Below, piece after piece: positions 36,470 to 44,938 of a DNA stretch of 46,221 bases (within the stretch, counting starts at the first letter, position 1; each line of letters starts with the position of its first letter). The position numbers and the translations under genes were made by a program. Source of the DNA: Candidatus Yonathbacteria bacterium CG_4_8_14_3_um_filter_46_25 (GTDB lineage Bacteria; Patescibacteriota; Minisyncoccia; Phycocordibacterales; UBA1539); NCBI GenBank assembly GCA_002788135.1, contig PFQT01000040.1, positions 1 through 46,221 on the forward strand, in the 5' to 3' direction. The notes under the pieces were generated by a model. It ran no database searches and was not told where the DNA came from. It saw only the letters and a program-made list of their open reading frames with translations.

Positions 36470-37075
36470 TTACACTTCCTCCCTCGTTGTCGCGTTCTCC
36501 GTTGTCTCATTTCCCTCTTCTTCATCAGAACACTTTTCAAAGTCCGCGATTCCTTGATCGATCAACTCATATTCCGGAAGCTCTTCTGGTTTCAATATTC
36601 CAAGATACGAAAGTAGGTCAAATGTTGCTCTGTATAAAAATCCTCGAGCATGACCAGGATCGGAAACCCTTTCAACAAGACCGCGCACTAAAAGATTGCG
36701 CAAAATGAACGCTGAATTTACTCCCCTGATATGATCAATTCTACTTCGCGAGATCGGTCCTTTATAGAGTACGATCGAGAGTGTTTCAAGGCCTGCTTTC
36801 CCGATCTCTTTCGTGATCTCTTCACGTTTAAGCTTTTCAATAATGCCGCCTGCCTCGGGAATCGTACCGAGCATAACGTCATTATCTTTCTCCATCAGTA
36901 CGATCCCCCTTCCCTTAAGCCGATCTGCGAGCTCCTTGAGACCCATGGCAACGGTCGGCTCGGGAGCTTCAAGCGCCTCGGCAAGTTTCTTGATCGATAT
37001 CGGCTCCGTCTTGAAGAAGAGCACGGCTTCAAGCAAGGCGGCAAAATCGATCATCGTGTTTTGTTCTTTGTTCAT
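36470..37075 (-). CDS. scpB: SMC-Scp complex subunit ScpB
   Basis: LEAVLF, LETLSIVLYKGP.SR..ID.IRGVNS. Confidence 0.94.
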   Translation of the reverse strand: MNKEQNTMIDFAALLEAVLFFKTEPISIKKLAEALEAPEPTVAMGLKELADRLKGRGIVLMEKDNDVMLGTIPEAGGIIEKLKREEITKEIGKAGLETLSIVLYKGPISRSRIDHIRGVNSAFILRNLLVRGLVERVSDPGHARGFLYRATFDLLSYLGILKPEELPEYELIDQGIADFEKCSDEEEGNETTENATTREEV

Positions 37076-37096
37076 GTTCTGTTCTTCTAAAATAGC

Positions 37097-37831
37097 TTAT
37101 GCATGGTAATGCGGAGTGTCGAGTTTCATTGACTCCATGTGAATATCATCAAAATTGTTCTCTTGGGAAACCAAAATGATCCCCTGCCGCACCAATTCAA
37201 GCATTGCGAGAAAGCTTACCACAATATTCCCTTTTTCCACCTTCCCCAATCCGGAAAACTCACGAAAACTTATTGAAAGCATGGACTGTATTCTCTTCGA
37301 AAGATTCTCAATGACATCCTCGAGACTGATGACTTTTTTGACGATGGCGTTCGGGATTCTCTCTTTCTTGGGAAAACCAGCGATGGTTGATCTGATCGCC
37401 GACAGTATTCCCGACACGGTAACTGTCTTGTCCGGAGAAAAAACCGGATTGATAACCCTTGATTGATTGCGCGCGAAGATAATGTTTGCACCGAAACGTT
37501 CTTGCACATGCGCAGAGAGTTCTTTGATCCGTTTATACTCATTGAGACGCCGTTCGAGATCCTCGATACTGCCGGTTTCTTCTTCGGTAAGAGTAAGCGT
37601 CGGCAGGAGCGATTTTGATTTTATGAGCACCAATGCAGAAGCGACAAGAATAAAACTCGCCACGTCGCTTGTCGGAAACGCGGTGAGATTTTGGATGTAT
37701 GCCATGTAATCATCGGCAACCTTCGCGAGAGAAATATCGTTGATAAGAAGTTTTCGTTTTTCGATCAAAGACAACAAAAGTCCAAGTGGTCCTTCAAATA
37801 CCTCTGTTTTTACGATATATCCTTCCACCAT
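37097..37831 (-). CDS. scpA: Segregation and condensation protein A
   Basis: FEGPL.LLLSLI, IKSKSLLP, VVSFLAMLEL. Confidence 0.94.
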   Translation of the reverse strand: MVEGYIVKTEVFEGPLGLLLSLIEKRKLLINDISLAKVADDYMAYIQNLTAFPTSDVASFILVASALVLIKSKSLLPTLTLTEEETGSIEDLERRLNEYKRIKELSAHVQERFGANIIFARNQSRVINPVFSPDKTVTVSGILSAIRSTIAGFPKKERIPNAIVKKVISLEDVIENLSKRIQSMLSISFREFSGLGKVEKGNIVVSFLAMLELVRQGIILVSQENNFDDIHMESMKLDTPHYHA

Positions 37832-37905
37832 AAGCGACTTCATTATAGCATAAAAAAAGTGCTGTATGATTATAGGATATCGCTTGATCAGCAATCTAGT
37901 TTGTC

Positions 37906-37939
37906 AAAAAACAAGTCGAGCCATAAAAGACCCGACTTG
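37906..37939 (-). terminator. Probable terminator of the 37974-38282 orphan
   Basis: CAAGTCG/CGACTTG stem with a T-run on the minus strand. Confidence 0.55.
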
Positions 37940-37973
37940 AAGACTCTTTCCCGATCACAGAACTGCGAGCTAC

Positions 37974-38282
37974 CTACACCTTTTTTTTGTGCGAAGGAGG
38001 CGGAAACGCATACACGATACCGCACTCTCTGCAGTGGTAGCTTTTAATAATTTGAAATTGTTCCTTGCTCCCTGGACCAAAGATGCGTTCGTTGGGAGGA
38101 ACGACACACTCACGAAATATAACCTCAACGACATCGCCTCTGCAAACACGACATACGCCGGCTACCCTATTCTCATTGTTCACTTTCGGCAGACCGTTTG
38201 AAATACGCGCAAATTTGTCCGAAATTTTGGCTTTATCAATGAGACGCGACAGTGCCTCATAATTTTTTGGCTTGTTTGGCAT
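37974..38282 (-). CDS. Zinc-ribbon orphan protein (CRVC...CREC)
   Basis: Two CxxC pairs; TTGACA-17-TATCAT promoter; GGAG SD. Confidence 0.75.
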   Translation of the reverse strand: MPNKPKNYEALSRLIDKAKISDKFARISNGLPKVNNENRVAGVCRVCRGDVVEVIFRECVVPPNERIFGPGSKEQFQIIKSYHCRECGIVYAFPPPSHKKKV

Positions 38283-38377
38283 TTTCTACTCTCCAAAAAA
38301 AGAGAAACAGTGGTGGAACAAGGTTTTTTCTGCACACAATGATATCTCCGCGCGGAAACTTTGTCAAAATAATGTTT

Positions 38378-38530
38378 AGTTAACCATATGAGGTGACACG
38401 GTTTAGTATTTCATCTACCGATATGATAATCGGTTTTGTCTTCTTCCGTAAGGTCATTTTTTCTGCAAGGTCGGTCCTTACGAAAGTACGGAGGGGAACT
38501 AAGCTAGAGTGTTACCTCATAAGGTTAACT
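38378..38530. mobile_element. 153-bp MITE-like element with 22-bp inverted ends
   Basis: AGTTAACCATATGAGGTGACAC vs reverse complement of 38509-38530 (20/22); contains REP-like GCAAGGTCGGTCCTTACG (38465-38482). Confidence 0.55.
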
Positions 38531-38549
38531 CTGTAAACAAACACGTCCC

Positions 38550-38933
38550 TACTCCGACAAGAGCGTATTGATTTGATATAAGTATCGAGGTTGAACTCTC
38601 CCCTTATCGAACGGCAACTCGTCTGCTTCGCTCAAAACGGTTATCTCGATTACTTCAATCTCAATGTCCCTAGTCGGAATATTTTGGTTCATCATATTGT
38701 CGAGTCGTTTATTGACTTTCCCTCGTATTTCACGACCCGCTTCGAACAGAGCTTACCCGCTGTCTCACGCGCCTCTTTGTGATTCGGTAATGCAATAACT
38801 TGAACAAAGCCCGTTGCGTCGCGCAGATCAATAAAGATGAGCTTCTCGTGGTCTCGGCGCGCGTCAAACTAGCCGGCAATGGTCACGTCTTCTCCCCATG
38901 CGCGTTAAGGCCTTTGGTAAAAATTCGTTCCAT
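38550..38933 (-). pseudogene. aspS: Aspartyl-tRNA synthetase N-terminal (OB-fold) remnant
   Basis: MERIFTK.. / EDVTIAG*FDARRDHEKLIFIDLRDATGFVQV.. / GKVNKR..IEIEV..ITVLSEADELPFD; frameshifts and a TAG at the conserved Trp. Confidence 0.8.
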
Positions 38934-38943
38934 AGTATGAAAA

Positions 38944-39198
38944 TCAGTGGTAGAGCTCACCTTCCACCTCATCAAGTGTACCTTCCGGGTCAATAAGGTA
39001 ATGGTCAAGCATTTCCGGGTGAGCCGCGATAATATCTCCAAAAAGTTTTGCCTTGCCAGCAGTGGCAAACTCGAGCAAAGCCTCATTCAAAGGACGGCCG
39101 TTCGCGTGCCGTTGCGCAAGCTCTATTTGTATTTTGTTGCGGGCTTGCAATCGCGCTTTCACGATATCCGCTTCGTTTGGTGCTCCTTCTATTTCCAT
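38944..39198 (-). CDS. Hypothetical protein (84 aa)
   Basis: Protein-like ORF with a TATGAT box just upstream. Confidence 0.65.
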   Translation of the reverse strand: MEIEGAPNEADIVKARLQARNKIQIELAQRHANGRPLNEALLEFATAGKAKLFGDIIAAHPEMLDHYLIDPEGTLDEVEGELYH

Positions 39199-39235
39199 CG
39201 CGCCATCATATCAAATAAACAAGTCTTTGTGTAGT

Positions 39236-39538
39236 CTACCTTTTTGACCAATCATGATCGAAATATTTCTCAAGATCGTCGTCTTTGTCGGCGCGATTCG
39301 GCTTTTCAAAGCCACATTTTCGACATTGATGAATGATCGTGAATTCGCCGGAACGCGACTCTATCCGTGACGGCTCCATCATTCCGCCGCACGACTGCGC
39401 ACGGTCGCCCGGATTAACATCGACATGTTTGCTCCAGAGACACCGCGGGCAATGATTGGTGTACCCGCTTCCCATAACGGCCGCGCCACAATACTCGCAC
39501 ATGAAATCCTCGGTTCTTTTTTGAAACTGCCGCGACAT
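39236..39538 (-). CDS. RNHCP domain protein
   Basis: EDF.C..CG..V.G.GYTNHCP.CLWSKHVD..PGDR...CGG.M. Confidence 0.9.
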   Translation of the reverse strand: MSRQFQKRTEDFMCEYCGAAVMGSGYTNHCPRCLWSKHVDVNPGDRAQSCGGMMEPSRIESRSGEFTIIHQCRKCGFEKPNRADKDDDLEKYFDHDWSKR

Positions 39539-39556
39539 ATCTCATTATCTTACCAC

Positions 39557-41272
39557 TCAACCGGTAGCTGAAAAGGTCGGACCTTTTTCGCTGCTTTGTT
39601 CTTCCGTTGGCACTGGAGTTGCTTGGTGCATAATCCCGGGATCAAGCTCGACATAGAACGTCGAACCCTTCCCGAGACCTGCCGATTCGGCCCAAATCCG
39701 TCCATCATGATTGCGAATGATCTCCTTCGCTACATAAAGTCCAAGCCCTGATCCGCCGGTGTGAAATTTGCTCGCGTTGGCGGCACGACTAAACTTCTTG
39801 AATATTTTCTCAATGGTTGCCTGAATCATCCCAATACCAGTATCAGAAACTATAATGAGAATTTTCTTTTTCCTAGTCTTATACATTCGCACTTTAATAC
39901 CCCCTTTGAGAGAATATTTGAGCGCGTTGTCTATTAGGTTCGAGATCACTTGGCGGATCTTCCCAATATCTACCGCAATGCGATAATCTTCTTTCGGCAC
40001 GATCTCTAGAGTAAGTGATAATCCGGACGACTCCGCAGAAGATTTCATTTCTTCGATAATGTCGGTAAGAACGTTGCCCAGATCGGCTTTTTCGAACCGG
40101 TATTCGATCTTCCCCGATTCGATCTTCGATATGTCCATGAACTCCTCAATGATTACGAGCAAACGCTTGCTTGATTCTGATATCTTCATCACTGCGCCAC
40201 GCGCGTTTGCCGAAAGCAGACCGAATGATCCTTCAAGAAGCATCGACGTGTATCCGCGGATCGCGGTAAGTGGATCGCGCAGGTGGTGAGCCGCGATCTC
40301 AACGAAGTTAGACTTTTTCTTATTGAGCTCTTGGAGGCGTATATTGACGTTATGAAGCTCCTCGGCCAGTTTTTCAACTTCCTGCCTGCTTTCCGTTTCG
40401 CGCTTAACGCTCCTAGTGAGAAAAAAACTTGATGAAACCACCAGAGCAAGAATCGTTCCTTTGACGACAAAATCAATGACTGATCGTGAGAAAATCACTT
40501 CCGTAAAAAGTGTCAGAGAAATAAGCACTATGAAAAGTTCCGTTGCCATGAGTTTTATATTCCAAAAATTGTACTTAACCATGATATATCCAATGATTGT
40601 AGCAGTAAGAAACGCCACCATGTGACCGATCCATGCCACATCATAATATCCCATGATCTGTAAAGTCAGGTTGATGATAAAAATGGAGAACATCGCGATG
40701 GCAAGAGCGATCATTATATAACGCAATTCAATCTTGAAAACGCCGGCCGCTTCGCGATATTTTCGCCATAACGTTGCAAGACTTGCGGTGAAAACCACGA
40801 TAAGATACAAAACGAAGAGAAAAAAAAGCGGGCCGCGCGCAATCTCGTTCTCCCACCCGTGCGAAACATCAGCTCTTCTCCATACGATAAGATCAGAGAA
40901 GGCGATGAGGGAGAACATGAGGAGTGACAGCACGATAATGCCAGCCGAGCGCAATTTATTAAACCGAAATTTCCCCACCGACAGCGAGTCCGCGAAAAAT
41001 ATTGACATCATGGGCATGCTAGCACCACTGATATAGAGCAAGCGAATAAGCGCTTCTTCAATGTCGCTATGAGAGATCGACTGCAAAAGTCCGGCGGTTA
41101 TCGACCACACCATGGCAGAGGCGGTTATCAGGAGGAACATGGTAGTGTCCTTTCTGCTAGAATCACGCACATATATCAATATCCCTACAACCAAAACAAG
41201 CACCCCTGAACCGAGCGTTACCAAACTTGCCGGCGTAACGGTCTCGAACAAATTCACATGCATGAAAAACAT
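39557..41272 (-). CDS. Sensor histidine kinase with N-terminal multi-TM (HisKA_7TM-like) domain
   Basis: H-box AAHHLRDPLTAIRGY, NLIDNALKY, DTGIG, GSGLGL, GKGSTF. Confidence 0.92.
   Translation of the reverse strand: MFFMHVNLFETVTPASLVTLGSGVLVLVVGILIYVRDSSRKDTTMFLLITASAMVWSITAGLLQSISHSDIEEALIRLLYISGASMPMMSIFFADSLSVGKFRFNKLRSAGIIVLSLLMFSLIAFSDLIVWRRADVSHGWENEIARGPLFFLFVLYLIVVFTASLATLWRKYREAAGVFKIELRYIMIALAIAMFSIFIINLTLQIMGYYDVAWIGHMVAFLTATIIGYIMVKYNFWNIKLMATELFIVLISLTLFTEVIFSRSVIDFVVKGTILALVVSSSFFLTRSVKRETESRQEVEKLAEELHNVNIRLQELNKKKSNFVEIAAHHLRDPLTAIRGYTSMLLEGSFGLLSANARGAVMKISESSKRLLVIIEEFMDISKIESGKIEYRFEKADLGNVLTDIIEEMKSSAESSGLSLTLEIVPKEDYRIAVDIGKIRQVISNLIDNALKYSLKGGIKVRMYKTRKKKILIIVSDTGIGMIQATIEKIFKKFSRAANASKFHTGGSGLGLYVAKEIIRNHDGRIWAESAGLGKGSTFYVELDPGIMHQATPVPTEEQSSEKGPTFSATG
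39567..39587. repeat. REP-like palindrome embedded in the kinase C-terminal codons
   Basis: GCTGAAAAGGTCGGACCTTTT, identical to 4718-4738. Confidence 0.8.
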
Positions 41273-41349
41273 TCTTTTATTCTTTTCATTTTAACAAACT
41301 GGCATGATTTTTTCTATACACAATGCGCATAAGATCAAAAAACAGATGC

Positions 41350-41398
41350 TTGATGCCTCGTAATATCAATGCTACACTCCAACAAGAGAAAGGAGGTG
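41350..41398 (+). promoter_or_regulatory. Promoter and perfect SD of the SAS gene
   Basis: TTGATG-17-TACACT (extended TG); AAAGGAGGTG 41389-41398. Confidence 0.7.
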
Positions 41399-41402
41399 TA
41401 CG

Positions 41403-41878
41403 ATGCAAAAAACCCTCATACGCTCTATCGAAATCGTATCCAGTGCTCTATCAACATACTTGCAAACGAGATACGAGCTATTGCGGAAAAAATTTCGCAT
41501 AATCCGCAGGTGACACCGCGTGTCAAGAACATAGAAGCATTGAGGAGGAAAATGCGCTTCTACAAAACGCATAATGTTTCTAGGATAAACGATGTGTACG
41601 GCATTAGGGTTCTTGTCGCGTCGGTTTCCGAGGTGTATGCCATTCTTGAACGGATCACGAAGGCGTTTCATGGTTATCTCGAACATGACTACATCGCGAA
41701 TCCAAAGACGCGTCCCAACGATCCCGCTCTCGAAGGAAAAGTGCTCCGCCTCTTACAGTTCATTGCGTATCGAAATGGCGTTCCATTCGAAATTCAAATT
41801 ACCACGTATGAATTTCATGCAATGAACGAGCTGCTGCACGAGGCGTACCACAAAAGAAAATATGACGGACTTGAATAG
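41403..41878 (+). CDS. Small alarmone synthetase-like protein (RelA/SpoT nucleotidyltransferase domain); SD-led start frameshifted at A6
   Basis: RVK....RRK, NDVYGIR, DYIANPK, FEIQITT, LLHEAYHK; ATG 41403 is one base out of frame with the body. Confidence 0.78.
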
Positions 41879-41890
41879 GCCTGTGAGCAC

Positions 41891-42466
41891 TTATCGCTCA
41901 CAGGTCTTTCTGTATCCATCGAGAAGTTCCCGATATTCTCGCGCGAGTACGCCATCATGGAGCATAGTGTCGAGAATGTCCCCCACCGCATCATAATACC
42001 AAAAATACTCGGCAGATGTCGCGTTGAAATGTTTCGCGATGACGTGTTCTCCGCCGTCTTTTTTGAAAGCGTCAAAGTATGCTTGCATATTGACCATTTT
42101 ATCGGCACCTACGACGATAAGCGCATCGAGAGACGCGCTTTTAATCCTATCTAAATACATTTCTTTTTTTTCTTTCCATGAAGAATATTTTTTTTCGCGC
42201 GGATGACTTACTTCGGCAACGATTCGAGCGACCCGATATCCGAATTCTTCTTGTAAAAGTTCGGGAGAAACATCGCTCGAGTCTTCAAGCACGTCGTGTA
42301 AGAGCGCCGCGATAAAGATCTCCTCATCGTCAGTATATCGCTTTACCGCAAGGGCAACTAACACCGGGTGCACAATGTAGGGAACGCGCGTACCCTTGCG
42401 ATATTGGCCATCATGTTTTTCTGCGGCGAAATAAAGCGCTTTCTTTATGTATGTGATCGTGTCCAT
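41891..42466 (-). CDS. Small alarmone hydrolase (Mesh1/HD_4 family)
   Basis: AAEKHDGQYRK...PYIVHP, AALLHDVLED, ADKMVN. Confidence 0.9.
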   Translation of the reverse strand: MDTITYIKKALYFAAEKHDGQYRKGTRVPYIVHPVLVALAVKRYTDDEEIFIAALLHDVLEDSSDVSPELLQEEFGYRVARIVAEVSHPREKKYSSWKEKKEMYLDRIKSASLDALIVVGADKMVNMQAYFDAFKKDGGEHVIAKHFNATSAEYFWYYDAVGDILDTMLHDGVLAREYRELLDGYRKTCER

Positions 42467-42485
42467 GTAATGATGATTACATTCT

Positions 42486-43147
42486 TTACGCCCTCATAAG
42501 CTCGATATGCCCTTTGCATATCGGAAGCGACCGGTTCCGATATGACAGTGCGTGCTCAACATTAAAAGAAATGCCGCCGAATATCGACTTATTTTCAAGC
42601 GAGTTTGAACTCACGCCATGCCGTTCCAGAATATCCATGACCTCATGTTTTGTTTTTTTTATAACAGGAGTATGGTATTCGATTCCATACTCGCCAACAA
42701 ATTCCTTCATCAACAAAAGAAAATCCTCGCGTTGTTCAATATAGATGTCTCTCGTTGCTTGATACCCCGAATATCCGCATGCAATATGTTTGATGTCTCG
42801 TTTCATACAATAGAGAATAGCATCGACATGAACCGCAAGCGCAAGGGCAATCGGATACACCACATGCGTTTCGTTTGTTTTCTCGATCGCTAGTTTTCGC
42901 ACAAGATATGGATTACCATGATTGCGCGATCAGGGTCGATATATTTCGGGAAAGCCCCCATGAGCTCTGCGTGCCTAATGTCCGGCGCCGAGTCACCGCG
43001 CGGACCCACAAGCTCGGACAGTCCCTACTGACAAGTAAATAATTTCACCATGTATCCGAGGCGTGCCATCTCAAGCGCGGTCGCCGACGAATCCCGCCCG
43101 CCGGAATACAGAACAAGTGCAGTTTTGATTTTCGAGGAAGGAAACAT
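42486..43147 (-). pseudogene. PP-loop ATPase (QueC/ExsB-like), disrupted
   Basis: LYSGGRDSSA; in-frame TAG at 43027-43025 and a frameshift near 42920 joining to VRKLAIEK..IACGYSGYQ..EQ..YHTPV. Confidence 0.72.
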
Positions 43148-43231
43148 AAATAAACTATACCAACGGACGAAAGATGCGTCAAACGCTTGAATGTAGGAAT
43201 GTAGGTACACTCGGATATGCTTTTCCAAAAC

Positions 43232-43258
43232 TTTATTGGACACTCGGTGTCCAATAAA
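43232..43258. repeat. REP-like palindrome, copy 4
   Basis: TTTATTGGACAC-TCG-GTGTCCAATAAA. Confidence 0.9.
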
Positions 43259-43282
43259 AATCGCCATGACGCAAGGTCAGTT

Positions 43283-44938
43283 CTACATCTTTTTCCCCTT
43301 CCTATTCTCCCACTGCGGCAATTCAATAAAAAAAGTGGAGCCATGGCCCGGACCGGCGGATTCCGCCCAGACATTACCGCGATGCGCTTTGATAATCTCG
43401 CGGGAGACAAAGAGGCCGATGCCAGAGCCAAAGCGTCCCTGCGTGCCATTGTGGCTGAACTTCTCGAAAATATTCTCAAGCGATTTGCTCACGATTCCCT
43501 TGCCCGTATCGGAAACAGCAATACGAACTTTTTTGCTCCAGTTATCATTAGAAAGCAGCACGTTTATCAAGCCGACGTCGGTATAACTGATGGCATTTGC
43601 AATAATATTGTAAACTGATTGTTTGAATTTCTCACGATCAACTTTAGCCATGACCGCGCCACCGTTATCAAACTGGAATCTGACGCTCAATCCTTTTTCT
43701 TGCGCGACCGGTTTAACGTCATTGATGATCTCTTTTAATAAGTTCTTGAGCTCGATTGTCTCAAAGCTATATTGCACTCTCCCCTGCTCGATCCGTGAGA
43801 CCATGAGGAAGTCTTGGATAATAAGCACCAGTCGTTGGCTTGATCGAAATATTTTCTCGACCGCCCGCTTCGCTTCATCGGATAAAGGACCGAATGATCC
43901 CTCGGTCAACATTGAAGCATACCCTTTAATCGCCGTCAGCGGCGTACGAAGCTGGTGTGATGCAATAGAAACAAATTCCGTCTTTTGCTGTTCCATATCG
44001 CTCAAATGTATATTCGCTTTCGTCAAATCCCCTGCAAGTTCCTTAATTCGTTCGCGAGTTTCTATGTCTTTCTTTACACCTTTGATTAAAAAAAGACTAA
44101 AAATTCCTGCTAAAAAGAGAGAGCTACCCCTAATGAAAAAAAAAGTAGTAGTTTTTGCAAGAAGTAGGTTAAAAACTAATATCATTAATATTAAGGTGGT
44201 TAGTATTTCAGCAGTTATGAGTTTTATTTCCCAAAGATTATAACGAATGATTGCATATCCTATAATTACTGACATTAAGATTGTTGTTATAGGTCCCAAC
44301 CAAAAAAATTCAAAAAACCCGAATGTTGGGAGGATAAGGTTGGTCATAACGCCAATAAGTGACGGGATGAGTGTTCCTATGAATATGTACTTAATTTGGG
44401 CTTTCAATACTCCATTGCTTTTTCTAAACTGTCGGGCTAAAACATAAAATCCTGCTATGAAATAACCCAGTATGTGAACAACATACAGTGGGTACATCTT
44501 GCCAAAAGTAATTATCTTAATTGGGTTAGTGTTTGTAATCGAATCTATAACACTATTTGGAATTATTGTTATGAAAACAATAATAAAATATGTTAGTATT
44601 ATAAAAATAGATTCCTTTCGATGTAATATTATTTTCCCTCTTGAGATAGCAAGAGAAAATAAGAAAAATAGAATTGGAATCAAACTCGCACTCAAATATA
44701 ATACCCTTGAAGAAAAGAAAATTAGGAGGGATGTATTAACTTCTTCAAATAATGCGCGGGAAAATGCCCACATCGAAACACTCCCTGCAATAAGCGCAAA
44801 AATAGTATTGCTTTTTTTTGTCTTATCGCGGTCAAGTTTGTATACCCGTAAACCGAGTACTAGGTTTACGATCCCCGCGACAACAAGAAGGATACTTTGT
44901 ATTTTGAAATCAATAATTCCACTTGTGGTCATACTCAT
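43283..44938 (-). CDS. Sensor histidine kinase with HisKA_7TM-like domain (paralogue of 39557-41272)
   Basis: ASHQLRTPLTAIKGY, NIIANAISY, DTGKG, GSGIGL, GHGSTF. Confidence 0.92.
   Translation of the reverse strand: MSMTTSGIIDFKIQSILLVVAGIVNLVLGLRVYKLDRDKTKKSNTIFALIAGSVSMWAFSRALFEEVNTSLLIFFSSRVLYLSASLIPILFFLFSLAISRGKIILHRKESIFIILTYFIIVFITIIPNSVIDSITNTNPIKIITFGKMYPLYVVHILGYFIAGFYVLARQFRKSNGVLKAQIKYIFIGTLIPSLIGVMTNLILPTFGFFEFFWLGPITTILMSVIIGYAIIRYNLWEIKLITAEILTTLILMILVFNLLLAKTTTFFFIRGSSLFLAGIFSLFLIKGVKKDIETRERIKELAGDLTKANIHLSDMEQQKTEFVSIASHQLRTPLTAIKGYASMLTEGSFGPLSDEAKRAVEKIFRSSQRLVLIIQDFLMVSRIEQGRVQYSFETIELKNLLKEIINDVKPVAQEKGLSVRFQFDNGGAVMAKVDREKFKQSVYNIIANAISYTDVGLINVLLSNDNWSKKVRIAVSDTGKGIVSKSLENIFEKFSHNGTQGRFGSGIGLFVSREIIKAHRGNVWAESAGPGHGSTFFIELPQWENRKGKKM

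Noticed and set aside
43025..43027. TAG recoding (pyrrolysine or Gln) in the PP-loop gene
   Set aside because: The gene also has a frameshift, and TAG is a normal stop elsewhere (3810, 4479, 20445)
7046..43258. CRISPR array from the 27-bp palindrome
   Set aside because: Copies are kilobases apart with no repeat-spacer periodicity; the PD-(D/E)XK genes are not in a cas operon
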